Source of the DNA: Nitrospirota bacterium
GTDB lineage: Bacteria > Nitrospirota > UBA9217
DNA length: 64,000 bases
NCBI GenBank assembly: GCA_963751455.1
Contig: CAVVUN010000015.1
Location: forward strand, 992,001 to 1,056,000
Reading direction: 5' to 3'
The position numbers were made by a program, and so were the translations under genes. Within the stretch, counting starts at the first letter, position 1; every line of letters starts with the position of its first letter. Of this stretch, positions 33,376 through 44,729 are shown piece after piece. The notes under the pieces are model-generated. The model was not told the DNA's origin, searched no databases, and saw only the letters and a program-made list of their open reading frames with translations.

Positions 33376-34658
33376 TGTTTTTTTAAAGACATGATTTCAG
33401 ACGCGTAACCTGCCACGCACGCAGGCACCATGACTATCTGGTAACAGAAAGCGTACCAGATAAATGCGACGAAATTTCGCCTCACTTTCAATCCGCGAGA
33501 CAGGAACATCCTCTGCTGAACATGAAACATAATATAATTGAGGAGAAGCGCAAGCGGCAGGACCGCGAGCGTGGTCGGTCCTGCGATAAAGTAGTGCCCG
33601 AAAAATGCCGCAACAAGCCCCGGGAGAAAAACAAACAGATAAACGACATCGAGTACGGGAAACAGGAGGTTCCAATAGATAAATAAAGTGCTTAATCGCG
33701 GGATGAGAAGCACGTGGGGGTGGGATTTAAACCCCTCGATCATTCCCCTGGACCATCGACGGCGCTGCTGGTAAAATATTCCGTATTTCGTTGGAACGGT
33801 TGTAAAGCAGACGGCGTCCTCTGCAAATCCTATCCTCCCCCCGCGTCTCAGAAGCGCCCAGGTAAGGACGATGTCCTCTCCTATTTTGTCCGGCCACCCG
33901 CCTGCTTCGAGAACCGCCTGTTTTCGAAACAGGGAAAACGCGCCCTGCGCCACCAGCGTGCCCTGGTAGAGACTTTGGATCCGTTTGGCGGAGGCAATGC
34001 CATGGAAATAATCCCATTCCTGCATGCGTGTGATCATGCTTTCACGTGAATTTCTCACCAGTACGGTCCCGGCCACTGCGACGGTATTCGTGGGGTCAGT
34101 AAGAAGCCGGCCGACGATCCGCTGGAGCGCCTGCTTATACAGATAGGTATCAGCGTCTATCGTTACGACGAGGTCATATGATGAAAGAGGGAGGCCACGG
34201 TTCAGCGCATTCGCCTTGCCGCCGTGATCAACTGCGATGACCCTTATACGGGGATCGGGGAACGAATTCAGAATGGTGAGCGTTCGGTCGGTCGAACCAT
34301 CGTCGACGACTATGATCTCGAGCTGGGCGGGATAATCCTGCTTTAGTACGGATTCAACGCATCCGCGTAGCTGCTCTTCTTCGTTATATGCTGCAATCAG
34401 CACCGTCAGGGGGGGATATTGCTCTAGAGGTTTCTGAGCGGGTCTGCGGTCCATGATGAGACTGAACAGGGTGAAAGCATACATGAACCCGGGAATCAGA
34501 GCGATAGTGAGAATAAGGAACACTGCCAGCTGCCTTGGGACGATCAGCGAAAGCTGGTTAATCCATGGTTGCGCCCAGGTAGCGCAAAAAAAGAACCAGA
34601 GTGCCGCAACGATCACGGTAATTATGAATTTCAAGCGAACCGGGAAATAGAGCTTCAT
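33306..34658 (-). CDS. Processive GT2 glycosyltransferase (PgaC/IcaA-like)
   Basis: DDGS, DAD, GED, QRRRW motifs with flanking TM helices. Confidence 0.88.
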   Translation of the reverse strand: MKLYFPVRLKFIITVIVAALWFFFCATWAQPWINQLSLIVPRQLAVFLILTIALIPGFMYAFTLFSLIMDRRPAQKPLEQYPPLTVLIAAYNEEEQLRGCVESVLKQDYPAQLEIIVVDDGSTDRTLTILNSFPDPRIRVIAVDHGGKANALNRGLPLSSYDLVVTIDADTYLYKQALQRIVGRLLTDPTNTVAVAGTVLVRNSRESMITRMQEWDYFHGIASAKRIQSLYQGTLVAQGAFSLFRKQAVLEAGGWPDKIGEDIVLTWALLRRGGRIGFAEDAVCFTTVPTKYGIFYQQRRRWSRGMIEGFKSHPHVLLIPRLSTLFIYWNLLFPVLDVVYLFVFLPGLVAAFFGHYFIAGPTTLAVLPLALLLNYIMFHVQQRMFLSRGLKVRRNFVAFIWYAFCYQIVMVPACVAGYASEIMSLKKQWGTKWTERHASRPLPKDGSFLQ

Positions 34659-35146
34659 TGTTGAACCTCCTGGATGGGACTACCCTGGTTCTACTACGGT
34701 TAAGGATGCCGAATAGGCTATTTTGGTTCGGCAGTGAGACGCATGAAAAGCGTATAATTTTGCGACGTTCTGTAAAGTAATCCGACAGCAATTTCGATGC
34801 CGTTGCCGGGAAGTTTAAGGTATCAATCACTTGCGCGTTTCTCCAACATCATCCCTGGTTGATAGTGTTTCTGAAGGAATCACTTGGTCTTGTACCGGCA
34901 TTCTATCTTTAAAATGATTGTCTCCTATGGAAGCAGTGGACTTCGTGGAAAATGATAAAATCAGTCGATTCTTGTGATATAGCAACCGCCTTGAAACCGC
35001 TTCATGATCCGGCGCATCGCGATAGTGGCTGTAACATCATGAACTGTTCTGTAACGGTGTCCCGGGTATTTAGTGATAAAGTAAAGATGGTTCTCTAAAA
35101 AAGTTTCATCCTATAAAGGAAGCTGCAGTGCTAAACAGTGCGTTTT

Positions 35147-36198
35147 ATGAAACATGAACTGAATAGTGTCGTTAGAATAGACGGTTCTTTCGGCGAGGGT
35201 GGCGGACAGATGCTCCGAACAGCGCTTTCGCTATCCTGTGTGCTCCAAAGGCCATTCGAGATCATCAATATCCGGAAAGACCGTAAGAAACCCGGACTGC
35301 AACCACAGCATCTGACAGCGGTCAAAGCGGCAGCTGCAATCAGCCAGGCCCGTGTAGAAGGGGCCGGATTGTCATCATCATACCTGCGGTTTTCGCCGGC
35401 AGCCGTCCTGAACGGAGAGTACCGCTTCGACGTCTCCGAAAAAAAAGGAGCGCAGGGAGCACCTCGCTCGTTCTGCAGACCGTAATGCTTCCGCTCTGTT
35501 TATCATCTGCGTTCTCCACGGTAACGGTAATCGGCGGTACACATGTGCCTTGGAGCCCGGCATTTCATTATTTAGAACAGGTCTTTTTACCTTTTTTGTC
35601 GGGCACAGGCGTGTCTGTCGATGTTACTCTTGACACATGGGGCTGGTATCCTCTCGGCGGCGGAAAAGTCAGAGCGGAAATACGCGTACTCAAACACATT
35701 AAACCTGTAAAGATTATGGAGAGGGGAGGGCTGAAACGAGTTATCGGAATATCCGCTACCTCGAACCTTCCGAAGGAAATAGGCATTCGGCAGTACAACA
35801 GAACGCTCTCCAACTTGTCGCAAAGAGGAATTGCTGCCGATGTTCGGTTGCCGTACGCACCTTCATCGGGTAAAGGCACTCTGGTCTTTCTTTGTGCCGG
35901 ATTCCAGAACCTGAATGCCGGATTTTTCAGCCTTGGCGCTCCGGGAAAGCGGGCTGAAACAGTTGCTGACGAGGCATGCTCTTACCTGTTTGACTACCTC
36001 GATTCAGATGGAGCGCTTGATCCTCATCTTGCTGACCAGGTTATTCCGTATCTGGCGCTTGCCGGGTCTTCTGAGTTCAGTACAACCAATGTTACCGGTC
36101 ATCTGATTACGAACATCCAGATAGTTAAAGAGTTTTTAAAAATAAACATAGCGATTGAAGGAAAGGAAGGAGAACCAGGTATTATTCGAATCGGGTAA
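35147..36198 (+). CDS. rtcA: RNA 3'-terminal phosphate cyclase, frameshifted near 35440-35449
   Basis: [42 protein letters not shown]; one base missing after the A-run. Confidence 0.88.
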
Positions 36199-36368
36199 GT
36201 CAACGTTTAGACCGGCTGAGAGGTCTCGAATTGGGGTTTAACCATAAGAGCTTGAACAACATAAAATTGCAACTTCAGATTGCTTTTTGGTATTTAATAC
36301 GATAGGATCAATAATTATTTGCGATATGGCATTTATTTATGATGTCGAAATAAAGAAAGGAGATATGA

Positions 36369-36824
36369 ATGGATAACCAAAATGAAAAGCATATGTACGA
36401 TTCCGCAAACGCGTATTACCGGGGAGCTACCATCCTTATGAAGCAGACAACCGCAGCCGATCCCTCTCAACACTTGGTGCAGCCCGCAGTGACCTGCGCG
36501 TCTTTGTCGTTGAAATTATATCTTAAGTGTCTTCTGGCGCTGGAACAGAAAGACAGGGAGGATTCGATTTATAATATTGCGGAGTTGTATCAAAATCTGA
36601 ATGATGAGAAGAAAAAGCTGATTCTAGCAAAATTCGATGAATTCTCCAATACCCAGCTTTCGTCAGAGGAATTGTTAAAGCACCTCTCTTCCCTTGACAA
36701 TGCCTTTAAAAAATGGCGGTATATTCACGAAGAAGATGCTCGAAGCGTCAATCTTGAAGATTTGGAAGAAATGATTCTGGCAGCGAAGGCGACCATTACT
36801 ATGTCAAAGCCCGACTGGGAATAG
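36369..36824 (+). CDS. HEPN-like helical protein
   Basis: SLKLYLKCLL...ELY...AFKKWRY pattern resembles standalone HEPN proteins; AAGGAG RBS. Confidence 0.5.
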   Translation: MDNQNEKHMYDSANAYYRGATILMKQTTAADPSQHLVQPAVTCASLSLKLYLKCLLALEQKDREDSIYNIAELYQNLNDEKKKLILAKFDEFSNTQLSSEELLKHLSSLDNAFKKWRYIHEEDARSVNLEDLEEMILAAKATITMSKPDWE

Positions 36825-36872
36825 AGTATGACACTGTTTGTGTCAATATTTTCAACGAACGGAGGAAAGGAT

Positions 36873-37274
36873 TCAGCCTGTCCGGGCACTGCTTTTTTTC
36901 ACCTGTTTCGCGATTTGGACGCTGATTTCATAGCCGATACTTGCATGCCCCGGCGGGACCGTCATTCCATTGCAGCAGAGCTTTCCCTTTATAACTCTTT
37001 TGTTGCTCCTGATCATGTCTGCAACGATCGCTGTAAGATCGAATTCGCCGTCTTTACACTCATCCCGCATGCAATCCATATGAAAATAGGCATAGTCCTG
37101 AGGCAGGAAATGAAGCGTGCGAATCATAAGGATCGGCCTGGAACTTCGCTGATAGTACGTAAGACGAAAGACAATTTCGGAAACTCCGGGATACAGCTCC
37201 GAAACAAGGCCGGCTTCGGCATGTTTTTTTTTCAATAACTCCTGTCTTTCCTGATGATTTTGCCCGTATATCAT
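36873..37274 (-). CDS. Hypothetical protein with Cys motifs
   Basis: 133-aa ORF with CMRDEC and KLCC; plausible start context. Confidence 0.55.
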   Translation of the reverse strand: MIYGQNHQERQELLKKKHAEAGLVSELYPGVSEIVFRLTYYQRSSRPILMIRTLHFLPQDYAYFHMDCMRDECKDGEFDLTAIVADMIRSNKRVIKGKLCCNGMTVPPGHASIGYEISVQIAKQVKKSSARTG

Positions 37275-37515
37275 ATCTCTTTTGAACTCCCGAAATAAGC
37301 TGTTTTATGAAGCTGTTTAAAAGAATCGCACTATTACAACGATAAGTCAATATCTCCTTTGTTGCAATTTCCAAGCATCTGGGCGAAGAGGTACCGGACG
37401 CTCGTAAATCTTATTTGGACAATACAGCGTTTGTCGCAGTTCCAATAAGACCCGGTTTTCGCAATTGCAAATGCAGAAGATTTCGGGTATCGTGTAATCA
37501 ACCCGCACGAATATC

Positions 37516-38823
37516 ATGAAGCCCCGCATACTTCTCGTTAATCCCTGGATCCACGACTTTGCTGCCTTTAATCTTTGGGCGCGCCCGCTCGGTTTGCTCA
37601 AAATCGCCGAGCACCTAAGTCAGTTTGACGTTGAGCTCCTGTTTATCGACTGCACGGATTGCTTCGAGCCCAACCTGTATGGCATCGGAAAGTATAGGTC
37701 CCGAGATAATCAAAAAACCGGAAATAGTAGGGAACGTTCCGCGCCATTTCAAAAGATACGGGATGAGTGTAGATGAATTCAAGGCCTGTCTTCTTTCCTG
37801 CGTGCCTTTGGACCTCATACTTGTGACCTCCGTCATGACGTACTGGTATACCGGCGTACAGGAGACTGTTCGGCACATTCGGGAGTCGGCAGGCTCGGTC
37901 CCGATCATGTTAGGGGGTATTTATCCGACAATCTATCCGGAACACGCATCGAAAAATTCCGGCGCTGACCGTACCTGGGTGGGGCCTCTTGACGATCGGA
38001 TTCATCAGGCTTTGGGAGACTTCGGTCTTGCCCTTTCTCCTGTCCGGCGGCCTCAAAGCTTTGCAGCAATGAATCTCTATTCCCGTCAGCCGTTTGCACC
38101 GCTTCTTACTTCAACGGGATGTCCGTATCACTGCTCCTACTGCGCATCGGGATCATTACACCCTGCATACCGGCGAACACCGGTCACTGATGTCATAGAG
38201 GAAATCGCTGAACTCGCGGGCAGGGGGGTAAAGGATTTCGCTTTTTACGACGATGCGCTGCTGTACGATTCTGGCAATCACATAAAGCCGCTGCTCGAAG
38301 AGATTATCAGACAAGGACTTGTTGTCAGGCTCCATGCGCCCAACGGGCTGCATGCCCGTTATATTAATGATGAACTGGCGGGACTCATGCGGGATGCGGG
38401 GTTCAGGACGATTCGTTTGAGCCTCGAGACAGTTGATCCCGAAAGACAGGAGATGACCGGCGGAAAAGTATTTACGAGCGACCTTGAGGCGTCGGTTAGG
38501 CATCTGCAGAAGCACGGGCTTTACCAAAGACCAAACGGGGTTTACCTGTTATACGGTCTTCCCGGCCAGGGACTTGAGGAAGTCAGAGAGGGAATCCAAT
38601 TTTTGAAACGCCTTCCCGTACGGATTTTTCTTGCCGAGTTTTCGCCGATCAAGGGGCACGGGGTGCTGGGACGACCTTGTTAAGAGGCAGTATCATCCCC
38701 GCGGATCTCGACCCGCTCTTGACGAACAATACGATATTTTCGTTTCTCTATTCACGGTATAACCAGGCAGAAGTCAAACAGATGAAGATCGATGTAGATG
38801 GATATAACTCTACAAAGCGATGA
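37516..38823 (+). CDS. B12-binding-domain radical SAM protein, with at least two frameshifts
   Basis: LLVNPWIHDF...PLGL, GGIYPT, CPYHCSYC, YDDALL spread over ORFs 37516-37776, 37625-38683 and a tail ending at 38823. Confidence 0.8.
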
Positions 38824-38869
38824 CATTTCGACACTAAGTTCACTCGAAACATACGTGAAAGGAAACGAG

Positions 38870-40079
38870 ATGCAGAATTCGCGGCATGGATGTAGCGCTT
38901 CTCTTCAGCGCCAGAACGATAAGGCTTTTTGCTTACGGCGGGCTCTCGGTCATCCTCGCGCTGTATCTTCATGAAACGGGTCTCAGCGAGCCGAGATCGG
39001 CCTGCTTTTTACGCTGACATTGGCAGGCGACGCCGGAGATTTCGCTCTGGATCACGACCATTGCGGATAGGGTCGGCAGGAGGCGCATGCTCCTTCTTGG
39101 CGCGGCGTCTTATGATAATGGCGGGGATTGTGTTTAGCCTGACCGGAAATCCCGTGCTTCTTATGATAGCGGCCATTATCGGCGTGATAAGCCCGAGCGG
39201 AAACGAGATCGGCCCTTTTCTCTCGCTCGAGCAGGCGGCCCTTTCTCAACTTTTGCCTTCCGAACGGCGGACCCGTATATTTGCCTGGTACAATCTGGCC
39301 GGGTCCCTTGCCGCGGCCGCAGGGGCGCTTGCAGGCGGCTTTCTGTCTCGCGGTTTCATGCAAGCAGGTTTTACTGAGCTTGGATCATATCGGGCGGTCA
39401 TCCTCGGTTACGCCGCATGCGGGGTTGTGCTGCTGGTTCTTTTTCTATTTCTGTCTCAGCGGTGGAAACAGCGAGTACAATCAGGGATGACAAACTTTTT
39501 CTCGGTCTTCACAGGTCCAGAAGAGTTGTAATGAAACTGAGCGCGTTGTTCGCGCTCGACGCATTTGCGGGCGGTTTCATAATCCAGAGCATGGTGGCTT
39601 ACTGGTTCCATGTGAAGTTCGGTCTCGACGCAGGACTTCTCGGAAGCATCTTTTTCGGCGCGAATATACTGGCCGGGCTGTCCGCACTCCTCGCTGCACG
39701 TCTTGCTTCCCGGATCGGTCTTATCAATACCATGGTCTTTACCCATATACCCTCGAACGTGCTTCTCTGCCTGGTGCCGTTCATGCCCACCCTCGGATGG
39801 GCGGTTGCGGTTTTGCTTCTGCGTTTCAGCATATCACAGATGGATGTTCCCACGCGGCAATCATACACCATGGCCGTTGTTTCTCCTGATGAGCGGTCCG
39901 CTGCATCCGGTGTTACTACAATTGCACGTTCCGTTGGTGCTGCAATTTCACCATCCCTGGCCGGGATACTTCTCGCTTATCCGGCACTGATAAGCGCTCC
40001 GTTTCTGGTTGCCGGCGGGCTCAAGATCGTATACGATCTTCTCTTGTACAGAAGTTTCCGGAAAGCGGACGTGCGATAA
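38870..40079 (+). CDS. MFS transporter, with several frameshifts
   Basis: ADRVGRR motif A, ISPSGNEIGPF, SQMDVPTRQSY across shifted frames. Confidence 0.78.
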
Positions 40080-40086
40080 TTTCGCC

Positions 40087-40115
40087 TTGACTCTTGTCCG
40101 GCCTTGCGTGATAAT
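40087..40115 (+). promoter_or_regulatory. Candidate sigma70 promoter for transketolase-RLP
   Basis: TTGACT-17 bp-GATAAT. Confidence 0.5.
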
Positions 40116-40245
40116 CGGCTGCATGCAAAACCTTAATCAGGTGATTATTTTAGCCACGGATGCGCACCGATAAACACTGTTTATTCATGAGCACCGTTCA
40201 TCATTTTCTCGTTTCGAGGATCATGATCGGCTAACAGCCGTAGGT

Positions 40246-42240
40246 ATAAACTATTCAGAAAAGAGAATTCAAAACAAGCCATGGCAGGACGAGGTCCGAA
40301 GGGTCGCAGCGGGTATCCGCAGACGTGTGCTCGAGCATACCATAAATAATAACGGAGGATATCTCAGCCAGGCCTGTTCCGTCAGCGGAAATCCTGTCGA
40401 CTCTATACGTATCGATCATGAATCTGGGAAAAATAGATACGCCGCTCGTACCAAAGCCGTTTCCCGGCGTCCCCGGCCCTCGGAATTCCGGCTATTTTAC
40501 GGGCGGTTTCTTTAACGGTCCGGTTGAACCGGATTTTGATCGTTTTTTTCTCTCCCCGGCGCAATATGCGCTGGTGCTCTATGCCGCCCTGATAGAGACG
40601 GGCAGGATGGCTGAAGAAGGGCTTCTTCAGTTTAACAGGGACGGAAGTTCGGTGGAAATGATCGGCGCTGAGCATTCACCGGGAATGGAATCGATGACCG
40701 GTTCTCTCGGGCAGGGTATAAGTCAGGCCGCGGGTACCGCGCTTGCACGCAAGAAGAAGGGGGAGAGCGGAAGAGTTATTATCTTCATGTCGGACGGCGA
40801 ATTCCAGATCGGCCAGACCTGGGAGGCGCTCCAGACAATGTCCTTTCACAAACTGGATAATGTAATCATCTATGTTGACGTGAACGGCTTTCAATGTGAC
40901 GGAAAGATGTCGGCCGTCATGAATATCGAGCCCCTGGACAAGCGGCTCGAATCGTTCGGCGCCCGCGTCGTCCGACTTGACGGCCACGATATCGAACGCT
41001 TGGCCAAACCGGAAAGATTACCCCCGATGGCCGCCCCCTGGTTGTCGTAGCGGATACCGATGCGGCGCACGGTCTGAATGTACTGAAGGCGCGAGCGCCG
41101 AAAATGCATTACGTGCGGTTTACGAACCAGGAGGAGAAGGGCCTCTATGCAGCCGCGTTCGCTGAATTACGGGGGACGGAACAGGTGCCCGCACAAACCG
41201 TAGAAGAAGACTGAAGGGAAAAAGCATCAAGGTCCGCAAATCGTAACCAGAGTGCATGCAAAAAACCTCGTTCGATGGGCCGCGGATAAACCGAACGTCC
41301 TCGTTCTCTCTGCCGATCTCACGAGCTCTACCGAGATCGACCTTTTTCGTGAGACGTATCCCGACAGGTTTCTTTCCATGGGTATCGCCGAGCAGAATAT
41401 GCTGAGCTTTGCGGGCGGACTGGCAAGAGAGGGTTTCCTGCCGTTTGTCCATACCTTCGCGGTGTTCATCTACAGGCGCGCCTTTGACCAGATAGCCATG
41501 TCCGTTGCCTATCCAAACCTCCGGTACGGATGATCGGTTTTCTTCCCGGCATTACCACGCCGGGAGGCGCGACCCATCAGGCCATTGAAGACATTGCGGT
41601 CATGCGATCGCTCCCGAACATGACTGTCCTGGAATGCGGGGATGCAACCGAGGTTGAGACCGTGCTGGACGTGATCGAGAGGATTGACGGTCCCGTATAT
41701 GTGCGGATGCTTCGCGGCGAGATCCCCCGACTTGTCCTCATCGGAACCAATGGTGCTCCATAAGCCAAGGGTGCTGTCCGAAGGGAGGGAGATCGTTGTG
41801 CTTTCGAGCGGCATCATGACCGAAGAGGCAATGCGGGCGGTTGAGGCACTGAAACGGCGCGGTGTCTCGATTCAACACATGCATATCTCGACGCTAAAGC
41901 CGTTTAACGATCAGCCGATATGGACGCTGTCGCCGGTCGCGCTTCGGCGCTGATCACGATGGAAAATCATACGATCGTCGGAGGACTGGGGCAGCATCAT
42001 TGCGGAAAAGATGGCCGAAGCAAGGGAGTGGCGAAAAAGCTTGTTCAGAGTCGGTCTCCGCGATACTTTCAGCCACGGGGCCAGTAAACAGTATCTCATG
42101 AAGGAGCACCGGATGGATGCGACTTCACTTATCAAGAAGTGGAATTACTGATCGGCCAGAGGCTTGGTATTTCCGAAGATGAACTGGCGCAGACGCATGT
42201 CACTGCCGTACATAGTATGGCAAAAGCCGAGGCGCTGTAG
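40246..42240 (+). CDS. Transketolase-family ThDP enzyme (N- and C-terminal parts, probably one polypeptide; many frameshifts; start uncertain)
   Basis: TGSLGQG, SDGE..GQTWEA...VDVNG, SADL, MGIAEQNM, GATHQ, KPF, MENH; ends AKAEAL*. Confidence 0.82.
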
Positions 42241-42371
42241 CTCAATGTACCCTGCTCTTGCGAAAGCGCGGGCATAAACCACTTGCAGAATTCGGACAGC
42301 GCGGCTGCACGGTCTTAACCTGTTCTTGTTTTATTGTGCCTTTGTGCTTCCGCGGTAAAGGTTTTGAATCC

Positions 42372-43527
42372 ATGATCATCCAAAACACCTGCACTGCTGA
42401 AACTCTCTTTTCAAACGAACGTTTTTCCGTAACGTACCGTTTATTCGGAAACGAGAAGGAAGCACGCACAAAAGCCGCGGACATCTGCATCGAGCAGACA
42501 GTCGAATTTCCGGCGGAAGAGGTGCCGGCAGGGGTCATCAGGGACCACATTTTCGGAAGAGTAGAATCGTTCGAAAAATACGATCCGGAAAGTTATAAAG
42601 CCGTTATCAGCTATGCAGTTGAGATTGCAGCCGGCGAGTTGACCCAATTTATGAACGTGGTGTTCGGAAACAGCAGCATAAAGCCGGGTATCCGCGTGGA
42701 GCATCTTGATCTGCCCGATTCGATGCTTCGCCGATTCAAAGGACCCCGCTTTGGCAGAGAGGGGCTGCGGCGATTACTCAATATACCGAAGCGGCCGCTC
42801 CTTTCAACCGCTCTCAAGCCGATGGGACTTTCGTGCAGGGAACTTGCAGAACTGGCATACAAGTTCGCACTCGGCGGGATGGACATCATCAAGGATGATC
42901 ACGGGCTGACTGACCAATGCTGTTCACCCTTTAAGGAACGCGTCAAGCTCTGCAGCCGAGGCCGTTCAGCGGGCGAGTGAGGAAACCGGATATAGATCAC
43001 TATATGTAGCAAACATAACCGGGCCGAGCCGGGAATACTGCAGCGTGCGAGGATCGCAAGGGAGTCTGGAGCGGGCGGCCTCATGGTTGCGCCGGGACTG
43101 ATCGGTATGGACCTTATGCGCGAAGCTTGTGGACGACGACACAATCAACCTGCCCATCCTGACCCATCCGGCTCTCCAGGGAAGCTTTGTGACCGGCCGG
43201 AACGGCATATCGCATGGTGTTCTCTTCGGTCAGCTTGCCCGCCTGGCAGGAGCGGATGTCACGATTTTTCCTAACTTCGGCGGCAGGTTTTCGTTCAGTA
43301 GGGAGGAATGCAGGGAAATTGTGCTGGCAACGGAATCTTCCATGGGAAATCTGAAATCTATCTTCCCCGCGCCCGGCGGCGGTATGAGCCTTGAGAGAGT
43401 CCCGGAAATGATCGGCACTTACGGTAAGGAAGTGATATTCCTGATAGGCGGCGGGCTTTTCAAGCACGGGCCGGATTTGATCGAGAACTGCAGCTTCTTC
43501 AGGAAGATGATGGATAAAATTAATTAA
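42372..43527 (+). CDS. RuBisCO-like protein (form IV), frameshifted between ~42950 and 43130
   Basis: EQTVE, VFGNSS, LKPMG, IKDDHG, HPALQG, IFPNFGGRF, PGGGM, LIGGGL. Confidence 0.88.
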
Positions 43528-43740
43528 GACGACTTGACCTCCTGTCGGTATTTGCATTGTCAACCCCTCAAGTTTTCCGTAATTCCTTCAATAAAATATG
43601 CTATTTATTTGATATTTTCTGCTTTATTAATAAAAGAAAGTGTCTATAATGCCTTAGCCTGCAGAAGAGTTATGGCGTGCTCGAAATACGGGATGGAATA
43701 CGGATTTATTTCAGCTTGCATGGCAAGGAGGTGAGCCGGA

Positions 43741-44673
43741 TTGCCGAAGGGTAACATTCTCGTCGTGGAAGACAGCAAGGTTGTAGGGTCAAAAACAAAA
43801 ATGTTTCTTGAAAAAAGCGGTTATCAGGTGACCTGGGTCGTTGAAGGATTATCGGCATTTCGTGTAGCCAAGAGCGAATCGATAGACGTTATTCTGCTCG
43901 ACCGCGTCTTGCCTGACATGGATGGAATTACAATTTGCAGACTGCTAAAACAGGATGAGGCAACAAAGACAATACCGATCATCATGCTCACGGCTATGAA
44001 CACCACTGAAGAGAAAGTTAAGGGATTGGAAGCGGGGGCCGATGACTATCTTCCCAAACCTTATGAGGATGTAGAACTGAACGCGCGCGTATACGCCGCA
44101 TTGAGAACAAAACAGCTCAGTGACGAACTGAGACGCAAAAACGATGCATTAACCGAAACACTCGCTAAAGTGGAGACGCTTTCTGTTACGGACCCGTTGA
44201 CGGGCCTCTTCAACCGAAGGCGGTTCGAGGAAGTGCTGGATCTTGAATTTAAGAAGTCCAGCAGGTACCATACGCCTCTCAGCCTTATGATGATCGATAT
44301 CGATCATTTCAAGTCCGTGAACGACACATATGGTCATGCAGTCGGAGACGGCGTCATCAAAGAAGTTGCGCTGATCATCAAGCAGAGCATCAGAGACGCC
44401 GACCTGGCTTGCCGCTGGGGCGGCGAAGAGTTTATCGTGCTGGCGCCGATGACGCCGAAAGCGGGCGCACTGCTTCCGGCCCGGAGGATACTGTCATCCG
44501 TGTGCGCCCATGATTTTACGGGCCTGGGCGGCGAAAAAAAGAGCGTCAGCATCGGGATTGCCGATGTATCCGGAAACGGGATCGACACGGCCATGAAATT
44601 GATTCAGGCAGCGGATGCCGGCATGTACGAAGCAAAGAAAAAGGGGCGCAACAGGATTGAAGTGCAGGAATAA
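43741..44673 (+). CDS. Response-regulator diguanylate cyclase (REC-GGDEF)
   Basis: REC LLDRVLP; DPLTGLFNRR; RDAD I-site; WGGEEF. Confidence 0.93.
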   Translation: MPKGNILVVEDSKVVGSKTKMFLEKSGYQVTWVVEGLSAFRVAKSESIDVILLDRVLPDMDGITICRLLKQDEATKTIPIIMLTAMNTTEEKVKGLEAGADDYLPKPYEDVELNARVYAALRTKQLSDELRRKNDALTETLAKVETLSVTDPLTGLFNRRRFEEVLDLEFKKSSRYHTPLSLMMIDIDHFKSVNDTYGHAVGDGVIKEVALIIKQSIRDADLACRWGGEEFIVLAPMTPKAGALLPARRILSSVCAHDFTGLGGEKKSVSIGIADVSGNGIDTAMKLIQAADAGMYEAKKKGRNRIEVQE

Positions 44674-44729
44674 AAGCGAAGTCCGCCTCCCTTCTGATCT
44701 GAACCGGTACGACTGCGACCCCTGCATGG

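Noticed and set aside
34660-34820. c-di-GMP-I riboswitch on the minus strand upstream of the GT2 gene
   Set aside because: A GAAA-loop hairpin and a GTCGCAAAA segment are present, but the spacing and second stem do not fit the motif by eye; needs an Infernal scan
42372-43527. Carbon-fixing RuBisCO / Calvin cycle
   Set aside because: The motif is KDDH rather than KDDE, the protein is short, and no small subunit or phosphoribulokinase is nearby, so it is a form IV RLP
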